From Hyalangium minutum (GTDB taxonomy: Bacteria > Myxococcota > Myxococcia > Myxococcales > Myxococcaceae), in NCBI RefSeq assembly GCF_000737315.1, contig NZ_JMCB01000004.1, positions 206,001 through 268,000 of the forward strand: 62,000 nucleotides of DNA. Reading direction: 5' to 3'. Position 1 is the first letter of the stretch. The number at the start of each line of letters is the position of its first letter. Below, in pieces: positions 49,601-56,254 of the stretch. The position numbers and the translations under genes are program-made. The notes beneath the pieces were generated by a model that was not told the origin of the DNA, did no database searches, and saw nothing but the letters and a program-made list of their open reading frames with translations.

Positions 49601-51048
49601 AGCTGCGCGGCTATCGGATCGAGCTCGGTGAGATCGAAGGCGCGCTCGGCCGCCATCCGGCGGTGCGGGAAGCGGTCGCGCTGGTGAGAGGCACGAGCGG
49701 GGACGCTCGCCTGGTGGCGTTCGTGGTCCCCAGGGCTGGCGCGAAGCAGCCCGAGGCTTCCGAGCTCCGGGGCTTCGTGGAGCGGCAGCTCGCGGCGCAC
49801 ATGGTGCCAGGACAGTTCGTCCTCTTGGAGGAGCTCCCCCATGCTCCCAACGGCAAGGTGGACGTTCGCGCGCTGGGGGCGATGGAGCTGGCCGAGGAGC
49901 GCGGCACCTCACGGGGTGGCATCCCGCGCGACGCCATGGAGCTGGAGCTCGTCCGGTTGTTCGAGGAGATCCTCGGTGTCCGCTCGGTGGGGATCCACGA
50001 CAGCTTCTTCGAGCTCGGTGGCCACTCCCTGCTCGCGCTCAAGCTGAAGCTCGCGGTCGAGAAGCGGCTCCAGCGCCCGCTCCCCTTGGTGTCCCTGTTC
50101 CGGAATCCGGCGCCCGCGCAGCTCGCGGAGCTCCTTCGGAGCGGCACCTCAGCAGCGTCCCCACTGGTTCCGCTCACGCCGTCCGCCCGCGCGCTTCTGG
50201 CCTCCGAACCCGCGGGCAGCGGGGCTCGCCGTGCGCCCGCGCTCTTCCTGGTTCCGGGCGGTGGCTCCACGCCGTTCTACCTTGTCTCCCTGGCACGGCA
50301 TCTGGAGGGAACCGCTGTATTCGGCCTTCAGCCGCGCGGGCTCGACGGGGAGGCCCCGCCTTTCGAGAAGCTCGAGGACATGGCCGCCTGGTACGCGGAT
50401 GCGATCCTCTCCGTGCAGCCCGAGGGGCCCTACTTCGTGGGGGGCCACTCGATGGGTGGGCAGATCGCCTATGAGATCGCGCAAGAGCTCAAGGCGCGCG
50501 GCCACGAGATCGGCGTCGTGGCGCTCCTGGACACCCTGGCGCCGTTCCCGGAGGCGACGCGGCCGCTCGGCGAGGGCTGGGACACCGCGCAATGGTTGGT
50601 CCACCTCGCCGGGGTGATGGAGAGCTTCTTCAACGTCAAGCTTGGCCTGGAGCTGAGCGAGGTGCGCGCGATGAGCGACGCCGAGCGCCTGGAGTCCTTC
50701 GTGGTGCGCCTCCAGTCCGCCGCGGTCCTGCCGGCTGGCGCGCAGCCGAGCCATGTGATGGGGATCCTCAACGTCACGCGGGCCCTGGACGCGATGAACT
50801 CCCAGCCACGCCGCAGGCAGCCTGTCCCCCTCGCGGTGTTCCGCGCCGAGGACAGGGATGGGCCCACCCCACCGGAGCTCGAGGCGCTCTTCGCGGACGA
50901 CACGCTCGGCTGGAACCGCTTCATGCCGGGCTCCAGCACGGCCTACCGGGTTCCGGGCTCGCACCTGACGCTGATCCGAGAGCCCCACGTTGGGGGCCTC
51001 GCCCGGGACCTGTTGGGGCGCCTGACGGGCCTCACCTCCAAGCCATGA
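37648..51048 (+). CDS. mchC: Four-module NRPS plus TE, C(DCL)-A(Leu)-PCP, C-A*-PCP*, C-A(Ala)-PCP, C-A(Gln)-PCP, TE, MchC-like
   Basis: Codes read by hand: DAWFLGNVVK (Leu), GAQFIAQVVK (degenerate Pro-like), DVWVLAAIIK (Ala), DAWQCGLIDK (Gln). PCP4 is GGNP. TE GHSMGG. N-terminal IEDIYELAPMQ...WTYHH is of DCL type. Confidence 0.92.
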   Translation: MTEAELIEDIYELAPMQHGLLFHSLLEPSAGMYVEQLSCELRGRLSLDQWKAAWQHVLARHAILRSSFLWEGLEKPVQVVAKEAELPWHLEDLRGATREEQERRIESFLNEDRLRGFELASPPLLRCALLRLGEEHYRFVWTYHHLLLDGWCFAIVLREVLESFAGGLESLPPPARPYRDYITWLQEQDPTRAESFWRELLRGFEQPTPLPFMERRQASKSAHGAQPEVVKHLPRELTARLATFAKEHRLTLNTLVQGAWGLLLGRTTGTDDVIFGVTVSGRPSELAGSESIVGLFINTVPLRARLDGSATIPAFLSALQAQQSSFEPHVYVSLADIQLWSDAPHDRPLFESLLVFENYPIDRSTLLERSGLEISSIHAQERINYPLAVVAIPGESLELRVMYQEDTFSRAAAERLARLLETALGALLTAKTVGEIDFLDEPARRVLAEWGQNPRVFDHRAPVHELVALVARSTPGALAVVGADGQKLTYLELNERAERVARRLRLLGAGRERIVGVCIGSSVERVVGLLGVLKAGAAYMPLDPNYPSERLAYLVGDASPTAILNAGADPVPDTRIPRLDVARVSLEAAASDAPARDASHLEDLAYVIYTSGSTGAPKGVLASHQNLLNLVSWHTEAFGLTAKDRTTHLASIAFDAAVWEIWPTLAAGATLHLVPPELPAAPDELSRWLVERQITISFLPTAVAEAALALPWPADCSLRFMLTGGDRLHLVPPPGLPFRLVNNYGPTETTVVATSGIVEAESRNGLPSIGRPIANARIYILDRMRRPVLPGVIGELYIGGAGVTRGYLNRPELSASRFFPDPFSDAPAARMYASGDLAQFRADGTLAFHGRVDRQVQVRGVRVEPGEIEAVLAEYPGVSAAAVVGVDSQGNGDIRLVGFAACASQNPPGADALASYLGEKLPEVMVPRQIIILSELPLTPNGKVDSAALEARAREEQVHTEHIAPRTPHEEILAGIWSAVLGQDRIGVEEDFFALGGHSLKATQVIARAREAFGIDLPVRAIFERRTIALLAEAVAGHGASSEPIPRLEQSGDGPLSPGQESLWFIDALGGNTEAYNVPLVIRLTGTLDTAAVARALALLVERHEVLRTTFHERAGVPVQRIGPSPASVLSSEDVTPELLERRISEEITTPFSLTTGPLFRARLFRQAPDTHTLVINQHHIIVDAWSVSVLLREFCIAYAAFASGERPELPELPNRYTDWVAWQNQRLVAGRLEEGLAYWRQTLKGAPQVLTLPGDRPRPTRQSFRGKTLSFALEGSIGRRLEALSRGSGASLFMTLLSAFAAYLGRLSGQDEIVIGSPTANRDRRETEGMVGYFLNTIALRIDLSEDPPFTELLQRVRKAALDGYSYQDIPFEKVVAALELPRALSHNPLFQVMFSLQGQSGGEIQLPGVRATLPTTESPTSKFDLTLFVEPREDSFACLLEYNTDIFDEDRIRRMATHLVRVLEAVAEEPELRVSEVPLLAPEERQLIAQLAQPGRLDDSRTLLELFERQVEKTPEAAALEHRGDVRTYRQLSQEAEALAVRLAALGAGPDVRVAICLERSITALVSVLAVLKAGATYVPLEPSEPPERLQAILGDAKARVLIAEKKYRDLNLPPGVEFLWMDGGGAPAVKAPRPRTASHHLACVLYASGSGGEPKGVAMPHRALLNLTAWHTAQPRPLRTLQYGLLNTGASLQEIFSTWCSGGTLVLAGDANRLAPRALVQLLEEARIQRLFLPAGALHPLAREAVNTHRPLPDLEEIIAAGEQLRITDPIRQWFVASKKRLRCQYSVAEAYVVAAHELTGSPESWPGLPPIGRPIPNTAIYLLDTDQRSVPVGVPGEIYVSGACLADGYLLRPELTAERFLELSVDPPVRAFQTGDLGRLRRDGTVEFLGRADGQILVRGIRVEPGEVERALCAHPSILDAVAVAAGDPTRAQRLVAYVTPETVRIDELPAFLSERVPEYMVPSQFVALPELPRTPGGKLDRRALPAPGRGEAATGPRTPMEELVAQAFEQVLWRSPVGLHEDFFQIGGNPRLALQAVERISAAVNAEVRLSDLLKNPAVASLSRVISERQGRRAPSPAGLELAPESARAALSFAQERLWFLEQLYPGTAVHHLSMALRLKGALDTGALIESLAGIIQRHPVLGMRFIERDGRVWQEPRAQGEVPFELAVPGPVSATELRRLLVEEAARPFDLANGPLFRARLFRIEDSEHVLVTTMHHAVGDPASLRVLLRELSQFYTAHALGRPAQLPALASDFLSHAREQRRSLQGEALEERLGYWKKNLSGAPGTLSLPADRVRPPQPGFRGATQRLALSRAVSKGLETLSERLEVAGLEVLLSGFAAYLARITGQEDIVIGLPVVHRERGELQPLIGRFEGALPIRIDLSSNPTFEELITRVHRAALGAYAHQDVPLEKIVEAVDAERDLSQTPLFQVLLWLQEEAEGRVALPGLTLEPFSLELGTAKFDLALLFEPVAGELTGVIEYSTDLFDPDRIERMAGHILTVFEDAVAYPGKRLSELLLLPEEERRTVSALARGRVLPPAREVPVHKLVEEHARRAPDSIALELGGAVLTYGELNERANRAAHQLIALGAGPEKLVALAAPRSFELIIGLLAIWKAGAAYVPLDLSYPKARLDTIFEDSGAGLIVSTHAAESRWRVPHVRTLWIDEPSSSELSGNPDSGVRMENAAYVIYTSGSTGQPKGVILEHRGLANVIEMQRHELGADSSIVMLQFSSISFDVSVWEIVMALTNGGRLVLAPADTLLAGEELAKVLITHRVTHMVLPPTSYAVLPADREYPSLRLLLAAGEALPPEVVNTWARPGVQFVNAYGPTEVTIICTLGACKQGESGPPPIGRPALNLEGYVLDSHGALVPIGVPGELHLGGVGVARGYLNREELTRQKFIPHPFKPGERLYRSGDLVRWRKDGNLEYLGRIDHQVKLRGYRIELGEIESVLATHPGVAKAVTIVYSAGASGGVKLLVAYVVPAGPVDAHAIREHARKRLPEFMVPSEIVLLEDLPLTSSGKVDRKRLPAPRLEEHAARAAFVAPRTPTEQTLAALWEELLEKRPIGTGDNFFQLGGHSLLAAQVMSRVRRTLGVEVPLSAIFEQPTLAALASVIAAKEAAPQLPPLVRLKGEGDRPLSFAQERLRFLAELEGDSAAYNIPIALRLRGQLDEGALSRSLRQVVERHEPLRTRFPLVEGQPVARLVEGDIPLVTEDLRGSGAPPLDRRLREESTRPFSLEHGPVVRAHLFKAAEQEHVLLVVMHHIVSDGWSFGVMMRELSAIYAAQVRGETLTLPELPIQYADYAAWQRSWLDGHVRDQQLAYWRSALAGAPAVLELPADRPRPTVRSHRGAVELLALDRDVTQVLTALCRQEGVTSYMALLAAFGAWLGRVSGQEDVVIGSPFAGRRIAETEPLIGFFVNTLPLRVDLSGDPSFLELLQRVRRQVLAAHENQDVPFEKLVEKLNPERVLGTSPIFQVMLAFQQAQPDGMELPGLEVKPVSMLTGTAKFDLTLSVEETARGVQGWLEYDVDLFDAWRVQAMVRQLTGFIASLAAAPKARLSEADLLSAEERAKLVPSAPEEMPRLPAVHEAIAAQARKTPAAIAVEAEDGTLSYEELEARAGAVAHELVRRGVTPGALVAIAVERSLGMMVGLLGILKAGGAYVPLDPAYPRERLAFMLEDSGARVVITQEHLAPMFPDAEVLVLDAARQGSFEPRSGALAYCLFTSGSTGQPKGVLIEHSSLANHMEWMNEALPLGPEDRVLQRTSLSFDASVWELFAPLMVGARLVLAPHGLGADTEHLVRVLRERGITVLQLVPSLLTALVEEPGLAGVSTLRRVCVGGEPLPSATVKKLFSVCNVEIWNLYGPTEATIDALAHRCRPEEVGAHGATEPIGLPIRRMKALILDGRLRPVPDGLPGELYLSGPGLARGYLNRPELTESRFIEHAFPGGPRLRMYKTGDIVRRQADGTLLFTGRADRQVKLRGYRIELGEIEGALGRHPAVREAVALVRGTSGDARLVAFVVPRAGAKQPEASELRGFVERQLAAHMVPGQFVLLEELPHAPNGKVDVRALGAMELAEERGTSRGGIPRDAMELELVRLFEEILGVRSVGIHDSFFELGGHSLLALKLKLAVEKRLQRPLPLVSLFRNPAPAQLAELLRSGTSAASPLVPLTPSARALLASEPAGSGARRAPALFLVPGGGSTPFYLVSLARHLEGTAVFGLQPRGLDGEAPPFEKLEDMAAWYADAILSVQPEGPYFVGGHSMGGQIAYEIAQELKARGHEIGVVALLDTLAPFPEATRPLGEGWDTAQWLVHLAGVMESFFNVKLGLELSEVRAMSDAERLESFVVRLQSAAVLPAGAQPSHVMGILNVTRALDAMNSQPRRRQPVPLAVFRAEDRDGPTPPELEALFADDTLGWNRFMPGSSTAYRVPGSHLTLIREPHVGGLARDLLGRLTGLTSKP

Positions 51049-51518
51049 GCTTCCAGATCCTGCTCAGACTCCTGCACCTCTTCGCCGTGGTGGTGTTCCT
51101 GGGCGACATTGCAGTGACCGCCGTCTGGAGATTGCTCGCGGACCAGACCCGGGAGCCACGGGTGATTGTCTATGCCCTGCGCCTGGTGCTGATCACCGAC
51201 AGGTATCTGCTGATGCCGAGCGCCCTGGTGCTCGCCGCCACCGGTTTCCTGATCGCCCACCTTCGGGACATCCCGATCTGGTCGATTCCCTCCTATGCCG
51301 TGGCGCAGATCCTCTTCATGTTGTCCGGCGTGCTCTGGAACCTGGTGCTTCGTCCCATTCAGGGCAGGCAGCTGGCCATCGCCGAGTCCCTGGGGGCCTC
51401 GGGTGAGCGCTTCGATGAATATCTGCTGCTCACGAAGAGGTGGCTCCGCTGGGGCATCCTGACGATGCTGTGCGCTTTCGGGTCCATGGCCCTGATGGTT
51501 CTTGCCAGAGGCGCATAG
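51045..51518 (+). CDS. mchD: Small four-TM membrane protein, MchD-like (DUF2269-like)
   Basis: ATGA overlap with the mchC stop; four hydrophobic segments; last gene of the known mchABCD layout. Confidence 0.8.
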   Translation: MSFQILLRLLHLFAVVVFLGDIAVTAVWRLLADQTREPRVIVYALRLVLITDRYLLMPSALVLAATGFLIAHLRDIPIWSIPSYAVAQILFMLSGVLWNLVLRPIQGRQLAIAESLGASGERFDEYLLLTKRWLRWGILTMLCAFGSMALMVLARGA

Positions 51519-51546
51519 GACTCCAGCGGCGACACGCGCCAGCCGC

Positions 51547-51594
51547 CCCAGGCAGACCTCCCAGAAGGTCTCTCCCCTCAGGAGATTGCCTGGG
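51547..51594. other. Compact three-way-junction DNA/RNA structure downstream of mchD
   Basis: Outer stem CCCAGGCA/TGCCTGGG encloses hairpins GACCT/AGGTC and TCTCC/GGAGA. Confidence 0.5.
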
Positions 51595-51659
51595 CTTCAG
51601 GTCTCTGGCGCCAGGGCAAGATGTTGACGAGACCTGCAGAGTAGGTGTTTTCTGTACGT

Positions 51660-52976
51660 ATGCCCGACACATCCAATTCCTCGTCAAGGGCGGGCAGCGA
51701 CGTCCACCCCATTGACTTCACGGAGCGAAGCACCCTGATCGACGCGCTCCGCGGATTCGCGCTGTGCGGCGTCCTTCTCTCCAACAGCATTGTCTGGTTT
51801 AGCGGCCGCGCCCTCATCCCTGCCGCACAAGCTGAGGCGCTGGCGAGGCCTCCGCTCGAGAAGGTGGTCAGCAACATCTTCCAGCTCTTCGTGAACCAGA
51901 AGTTTCTTACGATCTTCGCGTTTCTCTTCGGGCTGAGCTTCTCCCTCCAGCTTTCGCGCGCGGAGGCACGTGGGGTCGCCATCCTTCCGCTCTACACGCG
52001 GCGGTTGCTGGTGTTGTTGGGCTTTGGCGTGGTGCACTTCTTCGCGCTGTGGACGGGGGACATCCTCCATACCTACGCGCTGGTGGGCTTCCTGCTCTTG
52101 TTGTTCTACAGGAGCTCGAACCGGACGCTGCTCACGTGGTGCGTCGTGTTGCTCGGGGTGGCCCCGCTGCTGATGGCGGCGGGCCTGCGATGGGGGCCGG
52201 TGCTTCTGCATGGCGCGGAGGCGGCCAATGCCCTGAAGGAGATGACCCAGGCTCAAGAAGGGGAGCAGCGGGCGGCATTGCTGGCGGCGCTGGCCAGCGA
52301 CTCCTTCTGGATGTCGCAGCTGGGCAATGCGCGCTTCGGCTTGGAGCTCCTCACGCGTCCTACCCAACTGCTCGTGCTCATACTCACCCTCGGCCGCTTC
52401 CTCCTGGGACTGCTGGCCGGGAGGCTGGGGGTGCTGCAGGACGTCGAGCGCCATCGCCCCTGGCTCCGCCGGATAGGGTGGGGCGGTCTGGTGCTGGGGC
52501 TCCTGATTACCTTCCCTGGGCTGGTGGTGCTTCGCCTGCGCAATGCCGGGGTGTGGACCCCGCCGGACAATCTCGGGATGTTCCTCCTGAACGGCTTCCA
52601 GGATCTGGGCGCCTCGATCCTAGGCGTGGCGTTCGTGTCCTTCTTCGCGCTGATCTTCCAGCGGGAGTGGTGGCGGCGAGTGCTGAGCCTCTTGGCACCC
52701 GTGGGCCGCATGGCGCTCACCAACTACTTGGTGCAGACGGTGGTCAGCCTCTGCATCTATGACGGCTGGGGCTTGGGGCTCATCGGCAGCACGGCAGTGT
52801 CTCGCAGCGCCGTTTTTGCGCTCGGCATCTTCGCCGTGCAGGTGGGAATGAGCCACTGGTGGTTGAAGCACTTCCGCTTTGGTCCGGCCGAATGGCTGTG
52901 GCGCTCGCTCACGTATGGGAGAGCTCAGCCCTTGCGTCATGGCGCCCGAGCGAACTCGGTGGTCAGTACAGACTGA
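51660..52976 (+). CDS. DUF418 (YeiB-like) integral membrane protein
   Basis: IDALRGFALCGV, FLTIFAFLFG, LWTGDILHTYA, GRMALTNY and GPAEWLWRSLTYG are family motifs. Confidence 0.88.
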   Translation: MPDTSNSSSRAGSDVHPIDFTERSTLIDALRGFALCGVLLSNSIVWFSGRALIPAAQAEALARPPLEKVVSNIFQLFVNQKFLTIFAFLFGLSFSLQLSRAEARGVAILPLYTRRLLVLLGFGVVHFFALWTGDILHTYALVGFLLLLFYRSSNRTLLTWCVVLLGVAPLLMAAGLRWGPVLLHGAEAANALKEMTQAQEGEQRAALLAALASDSFWMSQLGNARFGLELLTRPTQLLVLILTLGRFLLGLLAGRLGVLQDVERHRPWLRRIGWGGLVLGLLITFPGLVVLRLRNAGVWTPPDNLGMFLLNGFQDLGASILGVAFVSFFALIFQREWWRRVLSLLAPVGRMALTNYLVQTVVSLCIYDGWGLGLIGSTAVSRSAVFALGIFAVQVGMSHWWLKHFRFGPAEWLWRSLTYGRAQPLRHGARANSVVSTD

Positions 52977-53141
52977 GGTCCGAGTCTCAGTGGAGGGGCA
53001 TCGCCTGCTACAGCCGAACAGGTGATCGGCGTGGCTCGGGACGGGTGATCGACATGATCTGGAGCACGCACATGTGGTGAAGTGGGCGTTGACCTGTGGA
53101 GCGGGTATGTGTCATCTTTTGAACGATTCATCCTGAGAGAG

Positions 53142-53261
53142 ATGATGTGTGCCACGCCCCAATGGGACTCCCCGTATGCGACACCTAAATGGATGGACGA
53201 CTCGATCGTCTCATTCTCATCAGGTGGACGCTGCGAACCCTGGCGCTGGCGATCAGAGTGA
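53142..53261 (+). CDS. Possible 39-aa Trp-rich small ORF upstream of the exporter operon
   Basis: Own translation MMCATPQWDSPYATPKWMDDSIVSFSSGGRCEPWRWRSE; GAGAG just upstream; ends 20 nt before the ABC ATPase ATG. Confidence 0.25.
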   Translation: MMCATPQWDSPYATPKWMDDSIVSFSSGGRCEPWRWRSE

Positions 53262-53281
53262 CTCTAGGTAAGGAAAGGTCG

Positions 53282-54031
53282 ATGGTGAGCCCACAGCAGT
53301 CGAATGAGAGTGAAGGAGTCGCGGCCTGTCTCCAGGAAGTCACGAAGGAATACCAACTGGGGAAGACCACGGTACAAGCGCTGCGAGGTATCAGCCTCTC
53401 GATTGCTGTTGGCTCCTACACCGTGATTTGTGGTCCCTCCGGCAGCGGTAAGAGCACGGCCCTCCAGCTGCTGGGATGCCTGGACATGCCGACGACAGGG
53501 CGCGTGGAGATCGCCGGCCAAGATGTCGTCGCCTTGAGTGACAAGGCGCGCACCTCGTTTCGGGCGCAACACCTCGGTTTCGTGTTTCAGAATTTCAACT
53601 TGGTGCCGGTGCTGACCGCGCTGGAGAACGTCGAGTATCCGCTGCAACTCACTGTCCGGGATGCCGCCGAGCGTCGCGAGCGCGCGCAGAAGATGCTCGA
53701 AGCGGTCGGGTTGGGGACAATGCTGCAGCGGCGCCCCGCCGAGCTCTCCGGAGGACAGCGCCAGCGTGTTGCGGTGGCGCGGGCGATGGTGAAGCGGCCC
53801 AAGCTGGTGCTCGCGGACGAGCCTACCGCCAACCTGGATCGCCGCACCGGGGCAGAGCTCATTGAGATGATGCGCACCATGCAGCGAGAGCACCAGACAA
53901 CGTTCATTCTTTCTTCGCACGATCCCCAGATGATCGAGGGGGCGGATGAGCGGATCCGCATTGAGGACGGCCGTGTCGTGGAGCGCGTCCAGCGCTCATC
54001 CCCCGCCCTGGCCATGCGAGGCGCCTCATGA
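53282..54031 (+). CDS. ABC transporter ATP-binding protein, LolD/MacB type
   Basis: ATG after an AAGGAAAGG RBS; Walker A GPSGSGKS, LGFVFQ, signature LSGGQRQR, Walker B LVLADEPTANLD. Confidence 0.95.
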   Translation: MVSPQQSNESEGVAACLQEVTKEYQLGKTTVQALRGISLSIAVGSYTVICGPSGSGKSTALQLLGCLDMPTTGRVEIAGQDVVALSDKARTSFRAQHLGFVFQNFNLVPVLTALENVEYPLQLTVRDAAERRERAQKMLEAVGLGTMLQRRPAELSGGQRQRVAVARAMVKRPKLVLADEPTANLDRRTGAELIEMMRTMQREHQTTFILSSHDPQMIEGADERIRIEDGRVVERVQRSSPALAMRGAS

Positions 54032-55419
54032 ACATCGTTGCACTGGCCGCGCGCAACGTCCTCCGTAACGCGCGCCGCTCGGGGCTCACAGCGGTAGCGT
54101 TGGTCGTGGGCACATTGGCCATCCTGGTGTTCGGGGGCTATGTCAACGACAACATCTATGGTCTCCAGACCATCACGGTGCGCCAGCACGGGCACTTGCA
54201 GGTCGTGCGCAAGGACTACCTGGACTTCGGCCGGGGCGATCCAGGGCGCTTTTCGATTCGTGATTACGATGCGCTCTTGAACAAGATCCGGACCGACGAG
54301 GTTCTCGCTTCGATGGTGGCTGCCGCTACCCCGGTGCTCCACGTCGAGGGCGCGGCGGGGAACTTCTCCGCCGGCGCCGCCAGCAGCTTCGCAGGTATCG
54401 GGGTGCTTCCTGAGGGGTACGCATCGCTGCTGGCGTGGGATGGGTTCGGTCTGCGGATTCCGCCCGGCAAGTCGCAGCTGAGGGCTGATGCGTCAGACGG
54501 CGGTATCGTGGGCTTCCGGCTGGCGCAATTGCTGTCCCTCTGCGGCCCGCTGAAGCTGACGGGGTGCAAGGAATTGCCCCCGCGAAGGAGCGCGGATCCT
54601 CAGGCTGCCGCACTGCCGGAGGACATCGCCATGCTGGGGCAGGCCGCGCAGGCGCAGTCGGACGGGACCACGAGCGGCGAGGTGTCGATCGAGTTGCTGG
54701 CCGCGTCGCCGTCTGGGCTGCCGAATGTGGTGCGCATGAACGTCCTCAAGGCGGAGCGTCAGGCCATCCGGGATCTGGATGCGCTCTACGTGGCGATGCC
54801 GCTGCCACTCGCTCAGCGCTTGGTGTTCGGCCCGAATGAGCACGCTGTCTCGGCCATCGTCATCCAGCTGAAGCATACGGAGATGCTGGAGGCGGCACAG
54901 TCTCGTCTGAACCAGCTGGTCAAGGACTCGGACCAGCTCGAGGTGCTGACTTTCCACCAAGTGAGCCCGGTGTACGACCAGATCGTTTCCAGCTACACGT
55001 CCGTCTTCACCTTCATTGCGATCCTCATGGGGCTCATTGCTCTCTTCTCGATTGCCAATGCCATCAACATGGCGGTGGGGGAGCGCATTGGTGAGATCGG
55101 CACGCTTCGTTCCCTGGGGTTCCAGCGCTCGTCGATCCGCGCGATCTTCATCCTCGAGGGTGCTCTGCTGGGCGTGTTCGGCACAGTCGTCGGCGCTGGG
55201 GTGGCGATTCTCGCGCAATACGGCCTCCTCGTCAGCCGCCTCACGTGGACGCCCCCGGGCCGCTCGACCCCCATCCCCCTGCGCATCGACGTGCTGAGCA
55301 GCCCTTCGATGATTGCGGCAACGGTCTTCGGTTTGGCGGCGGTGGCCTGCTTGTCCGCGCTCTGGCCCGCCAACCGTGCCGCTCGAATGGAAGTGACGGA
55401 GGCCCTGCGTCATGTGTGA
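54028..55419 (+). CDS. ABC transporter permease, FtsX/MacB/LolC-E (type VII) family
   Basis: ALAARNVLRNARRS N-terminus, large periplasmic loop, ERIGEIGTLRSLG, three C-terminal TMs. ATGA overlap. Confidence 0.92.
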   Translation: MNIVALAARNVLRNARRSGLTAVALVVGTLAILVFGGYVNDNIYGLQTITVRQHGHLQVVRKDYLDFGRGDPGRFSIRDYDALLNKIRTDEVLASMVAAATPVLHVEGAAGNFSAGAASSFAGIGVLPEGYASLLAWDGFGLRIPPGKSQLRADASDGGIVGFRLAQLLSLCGPLKLTGCKELPPRRSADPQAAALPEDIAMLGQAAQAQSDGTTSGEVSIELLAASPSGLPNVVRMNVLKAERQAIRDLDALYVAMPLPLAQRLVFGPNEHAVSAIVIQLKHTEMLEAAQSRLNQLVKDSDQLEVLTFHQVSPVYDQIVSSYTSVFTFIAILMGLIALFSIANAINMAVGERIGEIGTLRSLGFQRSSIRAIFILEGALLGVFGTVVGAGVAILAQYGLLVSRLTWTPPGRSTPIPLRIDVLSSPSMIAATVFGLAAVACLSALWPANRAARMEVTEALRHV

Positions 55420-56248
55420 CCGTCTCGCGAAATCTCGCCTGGAAGTGCGCGTCTCCCGCAAGTGGGCTGTTCGTCCCGGGCCGTTCTGGGGACTGCTGGC
55501 GTGCCTCCTCTCGTTCGCGGCGTTTGCTCAGGAGGGGGTGGATCCGCAGGCGCTGCTGACGCAGGCGGACGGCATCCGCAACCCGGATCGCGACTTCTCG
55601 GTCACCACCACCCTGGCGGAGTATCGCTCGGGCAAGATGGTCGATTCCTCCACGCTGGTGATCTATTCGAAGCTCGTCCCCGAGAGCGCGCAATACAACA
55701 GCCTCATCCGGTTCGTCAGCCCGCGGCGCGACGCAGGCAAGCTCATCTTGCGCAATGGGATGGAGATCTGGTTCTTTGACCCCTCCAGCAAGGCGAGCAT
55801 CCGCATCTCGCCGCAGGCGAGGCTGCTCGGCCAAGCCTCGAACGGCGACGTGCTGAGCACGAACCTCGCGAAGGCCTATTCCGCCAAGGTTGTCGCGCAC
55901 GAGCCGGTCGAGGACGACACGAAGCAGAAGCGGGCCTGCGTCAAACTGCGCCTCGTTGCGCAGCGCACGGATGTGCCGTACACGATGGCCGACTACTGGG
56001 TCGACGAGGCGAACGGCCGCCCGCTCAAGGCGCAGTTCTTCACCGCCGAGGGCCGCCTGCTGAAGACGGCGTACTTCCGGAAGTTCGAGTCCGTCCTAGG
56101 CCGTGAGCGCCCCACCGAGACGGTCATCATCGATGGGCTCGACCCCACATGGATTACCGTCATCCGGGCCTCGAACTTCCAGTGGCGTGAGATTCCAAAG
56201 ACGTGGCTGCAGCGGGATTACCTGCCGCGGTTCAGGGGCGAAGAATAG
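55412..56248 (+). CDS. LolA-like outer-membrane lipoprotein-sorting family periplasmic protein
   Basis: Signal peptide ending AFA|QE; GKLILRNGMEIWFFDP...IRISPQARLLGQASNGD, YWVD and LLKTAYF fit the LolA_like family. Confidence 0.82.
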   Translation: MCDRLAKSRLEVRVSRKWAVRPGPFWGLLACLLSFAAFAQEGVDPQALLTQADGIRNPDRDFSVTTTLAEYRSGKMVDSSTLVIYSKLVPESAQYNSLIRFVSPRRDAGKLILRNGMEIWFFDPSSKASIRISPQARLLGQASNGDVLSTNLAKAYSAKVVAHEPVEDDTKQKRACVKLRLVAQRTDVPYTMADYWVDEANGRPLKAQFFTAEGRLLKTAYFRKFESVLGRERPTETVIIDGLDPTWITVIRASNFQWREIPKTWLQRDYLPRFRGEE

Positions 56249-56254
56249 GTCCCA

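Noticed and set aside
53142-53261. Darobactin-like RiPP (WxW near the C-terminus plus ABC exporter)
   Set aside because: No radical SAM enzyme in the window and the core does not match; kept only as a generic sORF candidate.
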